Both the position numbers and the translations under genes were made by a program. The notes beneath the pieces were generated by a model that was not told the DNA's origin, did not search any database, and saw only the letters and a program-made list of their open reading frames with translations. A DNA stretch of 64,000 nucleotides, from NCBI GenBank assembly GCA_030390025.1, contig CM059441.1:62434001-62498000 (forward strand). The letters are read 5' to 3'. Below, one piece after another: positions 41,600 through 52,807 of this stretch (its first letter is position 1; the number at the start of each line of letters is the position of its first letter). This stretch comes from Squalus acanthias (taxonomy: Eukaryota).

Positions 41600-42315
41600 C
41601 TTCAGGGGGACAGAGACAGACTGGGAGATTGGGCAGAGGGAAGATATTTAATGCAGAGAAATGTGAGGTGATACACTTTAGGAGGAGTAATAAGGAGAGG
41701 AAACAGGGGCTAAATCATAGTATCTTACAGCACAGAAGGAGCCCATTCTGCCCATGGTGCCTGTGCTGGCTCTTTGAAAGAGCCATCCAATTAGTCCCAC
41801 TCCCCTGCTCTTTCCCCATAGCCCTTTAAATTTCTTCCCTTCAAGTATTTGCCCAATTCTCTTTTAGAAACATACATAGAAACATAGAAGATACGAGCTG
41901 GAGTAGGCCATTCGGCCCCTCGAGAATGCTCCGCCATTCGATGAGATCATGGCTGATCATCATTGAAAGCTCCCATTGAATCTGCTTCCACCACCCTTTC
42001 ATTCCAGATCACAAATCGCTGGGTAAAAATAAAATTCTTCTCATCTTCTCCCCTGGTTCTTTAGCCAATTATCATAAATAGTGTCCTCTGGTTACCGACC
42101 CTCCTGCCAGTGGAAACAGTTTCTCCTTATTTACTCTATCAAAACCATTCAGGATTTTGAACGCCTCGATGAAATCTCCCCTTAACCTTCTCTGCTCTAA
42201 GGAGAACAATCCCAACTTCTCCAAGTCTCTCCACATAACTGAAGTCCCTCAGCCCTGGAACCATTCTGGTAAATCTCCTCTGCACCCTCTCCAAAGCCTT
42301 GATGTCCTTCCTAAA
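41600..42315. mobile_element. CR1 fragments (short plus-strand RT piece and a minus-strand 3' end)
   Basis: FNAEKCEVIHF on plus; KDIKALERVQRRFTRMVPG on minus; CR1 tail repeats. Confidence 0.75.
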
Positions 42316-42624
42316 GTGTAATGGTTTAAAAGGAGTAGAGGAGCAGAGAAACACAGTGATTCAGATATACGCAAATATTCAAAAGTGGGAGGACGAGCTG
42401 AAGGAGAAAAACTTATGGTGGCAGATATATAACTTGCCACATCGAGAATCGCTCGCCGTTGTTTTAAATGGAAATGTAAATCAGGCGGTTTCCATAATGG
42501 TCAACTGATCCCAATGCACATTTGACACCAGGTTGCAAGTTGAATTTCCAACCTGTGCTCTCCTACAATGTATAAACAAGGGGTGCTAAAAAGCCAAGAG
42601 GTTGCATTAAACCGGCACAAATCG

Positions 42625-43455
42625 CTCTCCTGGCCAGCCTCCCGTCTTCCACCCTTCATAAACTAGAGCTTATCCAAAGCTCTGCTGACCCGTATCATAA
42701 CTAGCACCAAGTCCCGTTCACCCATCACCCCGCTGTTGTTCACTGACCTACAACATTGGCTGCTGGTCCGCCAACGCCTCGATTTAAAAATTCCCATCCT
42801 TGTTTTCAAATCCTCCACGGCCCTCTCCCCCTCTCTATCTCTGTAACCTCCTCCAGCCCTACAACTCTCCGGAATTTCTGCGCTCCTCCAATTCCGGCCA
42901 CTTGCACATCCCCGATTGCCATCACTCCACCACTGGAGGCTGTGCCTTCAGCTGACTAGGCCCTAAACTCTGCAAATTGTTATTGTTGGTGTTGGGTAGA
43001 TTCCTGTGTCCAGTTTTAGACATTTTACTTTAGGGAGGGTGTCTCGGCCATGGAGAGGGTACAACGAACTTACAATTATATAGTGCCTTTCACAACCTCA
43101 GGAAGTCCCAAAGCATTGTTCCCTTTCTTCATCCATATTTCAATAACAACTTGCATTTATACAGTGCCTTAACAGGAAAGATTATCAAACAAAGATTTGA
43201 CACCGAACCACATAAGGAGATATTAAGAAAGGTGACCAAAACCTCGGTCAAAGAGGTAGATCTTAAGGAGCATCTTAAAGGAAGAGTGTGAGGAGGAGAG
43301 GTTTAGGGGTCCAGGCAGCTGAAGGCACGGCTGCCGATGGTGGAATGATGGAACACGGGGGATGCGCAAGAGGCCAGAGTTGGAGGAGTGCAGAGATCTC
43401 AGAGGGTTGTGGGGCTGGAGGAGGTCACAGAGATAGGGAGGGACGAGGCCGCAGT
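42625..43455. mobile_element. L2-type LINE 3' fragments in both orientations, plus small CR1/SINE scraps
   Basis: L2 3' motif gacctacaacattggct...cgcctcgatttaaaaattcccatccttgttttcaaatcc, same family as 59450-60215. Minus copy at 43140-43450. Confidence 0.7.
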
Positions 43456-43470
43456 TGCTTTCATACTCAC

Positions 43471-43591
43471 TTGTTGGTTCTCCTGCGGGCCTTGACAATT
43501 AAGCAAATTACGGCCGTAGAGATGATTAGAAGCAAAGCCCCTCCTGCAGCAGCCAATGGGATTTTTGATACCTTCTCCAACCTTCTCCCAG
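43471..43591 (-). CDS. Transmembrane exon of the Siglec/MAG-like gene (AGRRLEKVSKIPLAAAGGALLLIISTAVICLIVKARRRTNK)
   Basis: Strong polypyrimidine acceptor ...ccttttataccttAG, donor AA|gtgagt. 121 bp, phase 1 to 2. 23-aa hydrophobic helix followed by a KARRR stop-transfer sequence. Confidence 0.88.
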
Positions 43592-43746
43592 CTAAGGTAT
43601 AAAAGGAAAAAAAGAGGACAATATATGTGCTAATGTACTTTGTTCCATTAATCTCTTGCGCACCATGTGGAAGTGTATTTTTTAGTTGGACACAAAATGG
43701 CTTCCTGGACACAGAATATAAAATCCAAAATGGCCTACACAATGTC

Positions 43747-44287
43747 TGTTAGAAAGATTAGCCAATTGTTTATAGTTTCGACCTAATGAAGGAATTTCAG
43801 CTTGTAGACTGCTTAATTGCCCCCAATAAATAGCTTAGGTTTGCAGAACAAAGAGTCTCTCTCTAACGAGCTTAAGATAACCAAAGCCAGTGTAAATCAC
43901 TATCACCCTTTGATTCCAGATGGCATAGTGGGAGGAAAACAAACTTCCTCCATGAGAAGAGATTAGCTAGCCTTATCTCAAGGTATTTCTGCTCCTTTAA
44001 CCTTGATGACCTTTTAGAAAGTCCTCCTCTTAACATACACATACTCCTTTTAACTTGTTTTTGTAGGCGCTATGCTTCTAATCAACTAGTGATTTAATAC
44101 CATGTCATGTGATATAGAAAGCTTGTATTTTCAGTGTATAAAAATGTAACAGTCTCTGTAATTTGCAGAGTGTCATCGTAGCCATTGACTACAATGCATT
44201 CTCCTTGCGGCAAGTAAAAATAATAAAGCCTGTCTTTGACGATACTTTATGTTTCAAGAGTCTTACTCGGAAGTTGAAACTTCAACA
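43747..44287 (+). promoter_or_regulatory. 5' LTR of the ERV
   Basis: TGTT...AACA termini, TATAAAAA at 44137-44144, AATAAA at 44222-44227, PBS 8 nt downstream. Left boundary cannot be confirmed without a 3' LTR. Confidence 0.75.
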
Positions 44288-44295
44288 GTATTACT

Positions 44296-44313
44296 TGGAG
44301 GTTCCACCGAGAT
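44296..44313 (+). promoter_or_regulatory. Primer-binding site, tRNA-Gln (TGGAGGTTCCACCGAGAT)
   Basis: 18-nt complement of the vertebrate tRNA-Gln 3' end (...ATCTCGGTGGAACCTCCA). Followed by a major splice donor CG|GTAAGT at ~44330. Confidence 0.93.
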
Positions 44314-45026
44314 CGCTTGCTACCTTTCGGTAAGTCACGGACAAACGACACCACGAATTTCTAGTGACAAATCCTGAATGGCCACAGTGATGTTTTATCA
44401 CATAAAAAGGATTTCTCAGTAGATACTGAATTGGTGTAGTCTGTTTCTTCCGACAGGAGTACTGCGATCTGTTAAGACTTTTGTTTTAGATTTGAGTTGA
44501 ATCCTGTAACTTTTGCTACTTTTAATTCTAACGTTAAAAGGAGGAGGATGCTGACGGCTCAAATCTCAAAACTATCGGGCAAAGGAGGGAAGGAAAAAAA
44601 GTCGGCAGGGTTGTGTCCCGGACTGATAAAGGTACCAGGTTGTGAGAAAGCGCTAAAAGGTTAAAACTGCAGTATCAAGGGTGGGTCCCTTGAGCCGGAG
44701 AAAAGATTCTCGCGGCAGAAAGGTTTAGATAAGAAACTTTCGTATAGAGTATAAGTTAAATGTTAAGGACTCAGTCTGTAGTGGAGTACAACGCAAACTG
44801 AGAATTGACTATTTGTTTAGTTTAAAGTATAAGGTTAAATATTTGACTACTTGATTGGTTTGCCTGTTTGGGCTTTTGCATTACTTATCATTGTCTTTAT
44901 TGTTGTTAGTTCTTGTTATTGTTTATCACTTGTGGAACTTCGGATGGTCAATAATAATCGTAAAGGGGTAAAGGGTAAAACTTGCGATTTAGAAGAAGTG
45001 CCTAGTATAATTAAAAACTTACTAAA

Positions 45027-45503
45027 ATGGGAGCTTCACAGAGTAAGATCCCAGAAAAAGGAACTCCAGCCTTTTACATCTACCAGAACTGTGGGCGGAT
45101 GTCCACAAGGGATTTGTCTGATTGGTCTAAATGGACCAAGAATGACAAACACCCGTTCCCCATTGATGGAACCTTTAACCTAGACAGAATTACATGTCTA
45201 GAGGACTGTCTCACAAATAGAGACCCACAAAGAAAAGGTAAAAAGTCAGTAAATTGGTCAGCCTTTTCAGACTGGAAAAAGGAAGCAGAAAGGCATAAGG
45301 AGCGTAGTATACAAGCCAGTAGATCGGACATTAAAAATAAGAGAAAAGACCCAGTGAGTAAATTGGCTAAACAAGATGAAGTCAGACAAATGGCTTTAAG
45401 ACAAACCAAAGATAAAGAAGGAAAAAAAAGATCTAATTTACCGACATTGAAATCTGAAACTCAGCAAAAAAAAGGGATTTGGAAAGCCAGGAAAAGCTGC
45501 TGA
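45027..45503 (+). pseudogene. gag: ERV gag N-terminus (matrix), truncated
   Basis: MGASQSK myristoylation motif and gamma/epsilon-type MA motif W...FPIDGTF. Frame is lost in A-runs; CA/NC not recognisable downstream. Confidence 0.85.
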
Positions 45504-46119
45504 GACGCTTATGTAAAAAAAAGAGAGAAATTTTAAGTTTTACCAACATGGAAGTTATTGTCTGTGCCGAGACAAATTAAATCCAGGATTTGCTGAGTGA
45601 AAGGAATCTTAAAGGTAATGCTGAGATCTCAGTCTGTGTGAAAGTGTGTGTTAAAAAGTGAAAGTTTTCCTGACTGACTGTTTAAGAAGTTACAGTATTT
45701 ATTTTGTCTCAAAGTCTGTCAAAAAAGTGTCTGCAATTTTTGTTTTAGCTCCACCCACTCTTTTGTACAGAGAGCTAAAAGCTGTTTAACCCTTTGAAGA
45801 CTTGTCTTCAAGGATGGACAAGCGTGTGTTGTTTTAAGTTTGTTAATTGTTTTACAAAAGATAAGCTTCAGCCTTGAAGTCACAGTTGCCAATGTGCCTG
45901 GACGAAAATGAATTTGAATGTTTACAGGGCATGGGTAATTGTTTCTTTGTTAATGTGACTATGGTTTCTTTCTTTTCCAAGTGATACTGGTTAGTTAAAA
46001 AAAAATTGATCTGGATTGAATTGGAGTTATTGAGGTTAATTAACCTATTAAAAACCAAACTTTCATTGTGCACGGTGAAATTCTGGTTGGTGTAAATTTG
46101 TGTAGATTACATTGAATAA

Positions 46120-46650
46120 AATATTTAATGGTCTGAAACCAGACTTTAAAATATTTACAGTCTTGGATACAGAACGTGTTCTGGTCCATATCATTGGCAG
46201 AGGAATCACAAGGGGAAATTCGCCTTTACTGTCAGGGATAGACAGGATACATGGATCAGGGTCCCGCAGGGGTTCCACAATAGTCCAAATATATTCCACC
46301 ATGTACTGAGTCAAGCCTTAGACGAGTTAGACCTATCAAAGTATCAGAGTGCCCTACTCCAATATGTTGATGACATAATGATTGCATCAGAGGATGCCAA
46401 AGGAAAGCTGGCTTTAAATTGAACCCCAAAAAAAGGTACAGGTTGGACTGTCCAAAGTAAAGTATCTAGGACACAAAATTAACCAGGGGTATAAGGCACT
46501 CCTGCAGAAACAAAGGCAGCCGTAAAAGACATGCCAGTGACCATCTGGGGAGTGAGGAAAGTGTTGGGACTACAATTTAACTACTGCAGGAAATTTATAA
46601 TCAGACTTTGCAGGGAAAGCAGAGCCGATTCAACGGTTAGTTAAAGAGGG
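46120..46650 (+). pseudogene. pol: ERV pol reverse-transcriptase remnant (frameshifted, deleted)
   Basis: FTVLD, FAFT, VPQGFHNSP (46261-46287), in-frame LLQYVDDIMIAS (YVDD 46363-46374), GFKLNPKK, VKYLGH, VRKVLGL..NYCRKFI. Confidence 0.92.
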
Positions 46651-48495
46651 ATCCAGTAGCGAAGGCAATGCCACAATTTGTGGCTGCAATAGATTGTGCC
46701 CCAAGAATTGAAAAAAAAACTTTGAACTACGATTTAAGTTAAGCTGGTGTGTAAAAACTGAGAAGAACAACAGAAAAAGTTTGTTTAACAAAAGATTAAG
46801 TTTCGGTCTAAGATTTAACCTTGGAGTCGCAGTTGCTATGGTGAAATCTTCCAAAGCAGTTCGATTTGATTGGCTTAAATGTGAAAAGCTAATTTTTCTC
46901 CAGTTATAAGAAATATGATGTGATTTATGGTTTTCTACAAGAATGTACTATTTTATCTGTTCTGTTCGTGTTCAGTTAAAGTGTGAAAACACAACTGTCT
47001 TTTTGGATCGGGGAAAGTTTTTTCATTTACGTGAAGTGACGCAATTGCGTGTGCCTGACAATGTTCCGCTCCACCTTCTTAAAGACCTGCAAAAGAGTTA
47101 ACCCTTTCCACTGACAGCTGATTAAGTTCACCGAGCAACAATTTTAGTATGACATTTAAAGATATTGGACATTATTAAATTTAAGTTTCTTAATTTTAAT
47201 TTAACATTTCCCAGAAGGAAAATTATGATTTGATAAATTAACCCCTTGGGCTCTAAGCAGAGTCACAATGGATTCTCTCCTTTCTTTTGTTATATGGAAG
47301 TTACCTTGTAAACTAATTGCAGCACTTCTGTCTCTAATGTTAAAACACTGTGTAAGCCACCTAGCCTGGAAATCATTTGTTTCTGAAATTGGAAATGGAA
47401 GATAAATTGATAGAAATGAAATTGAACATTGACAAAACCTGTCAGTTCAACAGTACTGCTGTTTGGATTTCGGGATAGTTTTGAAATGACAAAATGGACT
47501 CAGGCACTATATATATTGGGTTACTTTTGGGAAAATAAAAGATCCTCTAAAATAATGATAAATTTAAAAAAAACGTCAATAACTTGGACCAAGTGAGAAT
47601 GTTCGATCTATGTTTTCAATCTTAAATATTGTACTAGACAGTAAAGTTTCTCCAGGGCTCATGAATGAGATATGAATGGTAATTAAAGGGGAGTGATTGT
47701 AGGTGTAAGATTGAAACAGGAGAATTACACTGCTGAATGGGAATTTTAAAAAACTTTCTGGTGAAAGTCAGGAAAGTGTAGCTAAGAATAATAAATTGAT
47801 AGCTTTCTCTTGGAGACATTTGTGTCCCTGCCTATAATGAACTTTTTAAGAAAACGGAATTTGATAGCCTGGCCACTATCCAAGGCATCGGGACCATGCA
47901 GAGGAAGATGAACAAAGACAATCTTTTGATAAGATAACTGAAAGCCTGAGAAAGGCACATGTGGCATGATATTGAGATACCGGTATGAGTGTGCAAATGT
48001 GATTCGTTACGTATGAGGCAATTACCATCTGGGAATGTATGGTGAATCTGCACTGAAGAACGGGTCTCAAACATGCTCAGTTCCTTGACAACAGCAAGAC
48101 ATGAAATGGTTAATGTGGCTCAGGAGAGCGAGACAACTTTTAAAGCATTGACACATACTCCATCGAGAAACTATCTAATTAATGAAACAGAATAGAGTTA
48201 AACACACTGGTACCTGTTAGAGGGATTGGAAATTGAAGTTGAAGAGGAGAGTTACCTGGAATCTGGATTGGGGCAATTGAGGGCTAAGGAGAAATCATGT
48301 TTAGTAAGAATTATCCACAATATGGATACGAGTAAAAAAAAAAGCGATCTGGAGGATCGTTTAAGTCCATGATTTGTTGATTAGATGTTAAATTGTAATG
48401 TCGCTTGAAATGATTGTAAGACTGAATTTAACTGTGACTGTAATAATTGTGTTTTGTAGGTAACAGAGCGTGGGAAAAACCAGTGCGAATCCAGT

Positions 48496-49695
48496 ATGAG
48501 GTGGTTTTGGTGGTGCCTCCTGTGTCACTACTACCGCAACTACCATGCTTCACGGGTCTAACAGGACCTGTCCCATCAACCAACACGTTTTACATAATAT
48601 CGAAACCTATGCTCAAGTGAAACTGACAGTAAATGAGATACTTAAGTAGGAGCTGCACAATTATGTGACACAATTCGGATACGACATTCCCCTGTTGTCT
48701 AAGGTTATCAGTGAGCTCATGATGCGACTGGACTCCTCCCTAAAGAATTTTTATGTTTTGAAGGAAGACAACTCGAGAATAGATATTGAAATTGACAGCA
48801 TAGGGGACAACTCACACTGGTGGGATATTGGGCTTAATATATATCAGCACACCCTTAGATTTGTATTATTTCACACGCTCTGGTAGTTCTCCAACTTGTA
48901 ATGATAGTGTATTTGATATATGTAACCTATGTGGTAAGATACACAAGCCAATTGGGTACTCATGCCCATGACTAACCAGCACTAACAAATTAATTGAGCA
49001 CACCGAAAGAGAAGATCCGAAGCAATGTAGAGGCGACCCCAGGCGGGGTAACATCAGGAAGATAGAAGAAACAGAGAATACCCCAGGCGGGGCAGAATTG
49101 GAACACCGGAATGGACTATTAGAAGGGAGAAATCTTCAAGACTCCCTACTAACTAACGCCCAAATTGAGAGAGCAATAAGAACTAGCTAGATTAGTCAAG
49201 AGCCGATTGTGAGAAGTCAATAAGGATTATTTCCTTCTCAAAGAAGGGAATTGTAAGAAATAGCTGCTAGATTCAAAAATGGGTTTTAATTCTTAGAACA
49301 GAAACTGACAACATGCAGCCAGGAGCAGATAGCAGAAATGCCAGCAAGGTCGAATATCAAGCATCAAAAGACAAATAGAAGTGATAAGGGAATTAGTAAA
49401 ATGCAAAACAACACAGGGTGGGGGATAATAGACAAAAATGGAGTCGAAAAGTCATAAAATGTCCTTAAAGAAACATAACAAAACATTCGCAATCATTATG
49501 TTTTAAAAAGCAGGCTGCAGTAAGCAGGATGCAGGACAAAAAGAAAGTCGGAGAGAGTTCTTGTAATCAAACAGTCGTGTGGCAACCACCAATTCCTGGC
49601 CTGTTTGAGCAGGGATTTTTTTTCAGTTTGACTAGACTAAAGTAAATAATAAAACCAGCAGGTCCCCCTGGACCGGCGACCCTATCCGAATATGG
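48496..49695 (+). pseudogene. env: Disrupted env SU region containing an apparent foreign segment (~48620-49460)
   Basis: Acceptor gttttgtAG at 48459, ATG with hydrophobic MRWFWWCLL at 48496, TNTFYIIS..YAQ. SU-like text resumes ~49470 (LCFKK...VGESSCNQTV). Confidence 0.55.
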
Positions 49696-50466
49696 ATGGG
49701 AGGAGAGGGTAACCTGACAGCCTATAACTGTACCTATTTTATATGCGGGAACAAGGCTTACCCCTGGTTGCCACATAACTGGATAGGATCCTGCTATTTA
49801 GGTTATGTAGTACCTTATATCCACATTTTAGACAAGATAGGAGAACATCATGAATTCCAAAGAAGTAAAAAAGAGATAGCAACTTATGAAAGAGTCTTTG
49901 GAGTATTAATAGCCCCATACGGAATAGGGAAGTTAATGGGAGAAGTAAACGAGCTAGCAGATCTGATAGAAAAAGTGGCAAATGAAACTGAGGAAGGATT
50001 TTCCGAAATGAGTGCGGAAATGGTAGCTATAAGAGTAATGACATTGCAGAATCGAATGGCATTAGATTATCTGTTGGCAGATAAAGGAGGAACTTGTGCT
50101 TTGATAGGGAGTGAATGTTGTACCTATATCCCAGACAGTTCAGAAAATGTAACTAACATTGTCAAACACATAAGAGATGCAGTGAGTCAGTATAAGAATC
50201 CAAAGAGCCAAGGATGGTTTGACTGGATGCTGGGAGGATGGCTGGGATCAATGGGACAAATATTATTGCATGGACTTGTAGTAGTAGTAGCAGTAATTGT
50301 ATGTATCAGTCTGTTTGTCACAATGACCAAGTGCTGTTGTGATAGGCTTCGTAAGGCAGTTATACCCGAAGGAAGTATGATGGTGCAGAGGGAAGTGAAT
50401 GAAGAAGAGGAAAAGGACGACCCTCTAGGAGAAGAACTAAGGCGATTGAATAAGATAAAATTTTAA
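49696..50466 (+). CDS. env: ERV env: SU C-terminus plus complete gamma-type TM subunit (256-aa open frame)
   Basis: YFICGNKAYPWLPHNWIGSCYLG; cleavage-site position RSKK; fusion peptide; ISD LQNRMALDYLLADKGGT; CX6CC (CALIGSECC); WFDW; hydrophobic anchor; cytoplasmic tail. Confidence 0.93.
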   Translation: MGGEGNLTAYNCTYFICGNKAYPWLPHNWIGSCYLGYVVPYIHILDKIGEHHEFQRSKKEIATYERVFGVLIAPYGIGKLMGEVNELADLIEKVANETEEGFSEMSAEMVAIRVMTLQNRMALDYLLADKGGTCALIGSECCTYIPDSSENVTNIVKHIRDAVSQYKNPKSQGWFDWMLGGWLGSMGQILLHGLVVVVAVIVCISLFVTMTKCCCDRLRKAVIPEGSMMVQREVNEEEEKDDPLGEELRRLNKIKF

Positions 50467-50774
50467 GGATTAGATGGCCAAGATGATGCCGGTCGCAGTG
50501 GCCAAAATTAAAACTGGACAAATTTAGAATTAGAAAAAAAAGCGGGGGGGGCTCTTTTCCTTCATGCATGCCCGATACTAAGGATAGATAGAGAGGAAAG
50601 ACGATCTTAAATAAGGGCAGCCATCAATACAGGTATAATCCCGAGGATGGTCAAACCGGAAAAGAAGTCGGTATCCCTGGCCAAAATTAAAATTTGTTAC
50701 GGGGATCGAGAGGACGCTGCATTTTCAAAAGACGAACCCCGCGAATCACTGAGCAGCAACCTGCGTCCCATTTG

Positions 50775-51072
50775 TGTAAGTGTCAGCCTTTTCGGCTGGC
50801 TATCCAACTATAGGAGCAGGTGTTGCAATTGAGCCCAATCCTCTCAAGCCCTCTTGGGTGGACGTACAAGATCCCGCGGGCCACTATTTCAAAGAAGAGC
50901 AGGGGGGCGGGGGGAGGGGTTCTCCCCGGTGTCAAGGAGGCAATATATATCCCTCAACCAACAGCGATCCAAAAAAAATGAGCACTGCTTTTTGTGGGAT
51001 CTTGCTATGCGCAAATGTGGCTGCCCCGTTACAACAGTGACCATCCTTAAAAAAAAAGTACTTAGTTTGCTG
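50775..51072 (+). mobile_element. SINE fragment terminating the ERV
   Basis: ggtggacgtacaagatccc...gccactatttcaaagaagagcaggg...caatatatatccctcaaccaac matches the SINE body at 52210-52300. Confidence 0.7.
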
Positions 51073-51074
51073 CG

Positions 51075-52480
51075 AAGTGTCAGCCGTGGCTCAGTGGGTA
51101 GCACTCTCGCCTCTGAGTCAGAAGGTTTGTGGTTTCAAGTCCCACTCCAGAGACTTGAGCACCAAAATCTAAGCTGACACTCCCAGTGCAGTACTGAGGG
51201 ACACTGCACTGTCGGAGGGGCAGTACTGGGTGTGCTGCACTGTCGGAGGGGCAGTACTGAGGGAGTGCTGCACTGTCAGAGGGGCAGTACTGAGGGTGTG
51301 CTGCACTGTCGGAGGGGCAGTAATGAGGGAGTGCTGCACTGTCAGAGGGTCAGTACTGAGAGAATGCTGCACTGTCGGAGGGGTAGTACTGAGGGAGCGC
51401 TGCACTGTCAGAGGGGCAGTACTGAGGGTGTGCTGCACTGTCAGAGGGGCAGTACTGAGGGTGTGCTGCACTGTCAGAGGGGCAGTACTGAGGGAGCGCT
51501 GCACTGTCGGAGGGGCAGTACTGAGGGAGCGCTGCACTGTCAGAGGGGCAGTAATGAGGGTGTGCTGCACTGTCAGAGGGGCAGTACTGAAGGAGCGCTG
51601 CACTGTCAGAGGGGCAGTACTGAGGGAGTGCTGCACTGTCAGAGGGGCAGTACTGAGGGTGTGCTGCACTATCGGAGGGGCAGTACTGAGGGAGTGCTGC
51701 ACTGTCAGAGGGTCAGTACTGAGAGGGCGCTGCACTGTCGGAGGGGCAGTACTGAGGGAGCGCTGCACTGTCGAAGAGCCAGTACTGAGGGTGTGCTGCA
51801 CTGTTGGAGGGGCAGAACTGAGGGAGTGCTGCACTGTTGGAGGGGCAGTACTGAGGGAAAGATGTACTGTTGGAGAGGCAGCACTGAGGGAACGCTGCAT
51901 TTTCAAGGGGCAGTACTGAGGAAGTGCTGCACTGTCAGAGGAGCAGAACTGAAGGAGTGCTGTACTGTCGAAGGGGCAGTACTGAGGGAGCGCTGCACTG
52001 TTGGAGGGGCAGAACTGAGGGAGTGCTGCACTGTTGGAGGGGCAGTACTGAGGGAGCGCTGCACTGTTGGAGGGGCAGTACTGAGGGAGCGCTGTACTGT
52101 TGGAGGGGCAGAACTGAGGGAGTGCTGCACTGTTGGAGGGCAGTACTGAGGGAGCGCTGCATTGTCTTTCAGATGAGACATTAAACTGAGGCCCTGTCTG
52201 CACTTTCAGATGGACGGAAAAGATCCCGCAGCCACTATTTCGAAGAAGCGCAGGGGAGTTATCCCCGGTGTCCTGGCCAATATTTATCCCTCAACCAACA
52301 TCACTAAAACAGAATATTTGGTCATTATCACATTGCTGTTCAAGGGAGCTTGCTGTGTGCAAATTGGCTGCTGCGTTTCCTGCATTTCAACAGTGACTAT
52401 ACTTTTAAAGTACTTCATTGCTGCGAAGCGCTATGGGACGTCCTGAGGTTGTGAAAGGCGCTATAGAAATACATGTTCAT
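51075..52480 (+). mobile_element. tRNA-derived SINE (Deu-domain/SacSINE-like) with internal minisatellite expansion
   Basis: Pol III box A TGGCTCAGTGGG and box B GGTTTCAAGTCC in the head, 33-bp array, conserved body, L2-like tail. Confidence 0.85.
51189..52160 (+). repeat. 33-bp minisatellite (CAGTACTGAGGGAGTGCTGCACTGTCGGAGGGG)n, ~29 copies
   Basis: Direct reading; gives the 11-aa periodic ORFs in several frames. Confidence 0.95.
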
Positions 52481-52807
52481 TTTTTCCATTCAACATTATT
52501 GCTGATGATGGTTTGACATTTTAGTCAGGACTTCGTAGTTCAGTCTTTCTGCTAAACTGAACACCTTTTTAATATTTTTTTGTACTTTTAGCAGGCTGAA
52601 TGTGGTCCACTTAATCAGCAGGGCAATCAGCACAAATACTGCAGAACAGTTCAGACCGGAGCTGAGGAGTATAAATAAACGTGAGCTGATCCCACAGTTA
52701 GTCCGCAGTGCGACGCACAGCTGTGATGTCTGGTGTAAGCGCCTTCTGATCTCGAGGCAGCCGAGCGCAGCAGAGAAGCTGGGGGTTGGAGCCCACTGAC
52801 GGGAGAA

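Larger units (their letters stand above)
43747..50775 (+). mobile_element. Endogenous retrovirus (gamma/epsilon-like, tRNA-Gln primed), internally deleted, no 3' LTR, antisense in an intron of the Ig gene
   Basis: Canonical order: LTR, PBS, splice donor, gag MA, RT remnant, splice acceptor, env. No repeat of the LTR sequence downstream. Confidence 0.9.

Noticed and set aside
47800-48420. Possible ERV accessory gene remnant between pol and env
   Set aside because: Short broken frames with no motif I can recognise; needs a profile search.
50534-50552. Purine run as the ERV PPT followed by a 3' LTR
   Set aside because: Not followed by TG or by any match to 43747-44287; no 3' LTR or TSD is identifiable.
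51075-51150. tRNA gene
   Set aside because: A/B boxes are present but run directly into the SINE body; this is a tRNA-derived SINE head.
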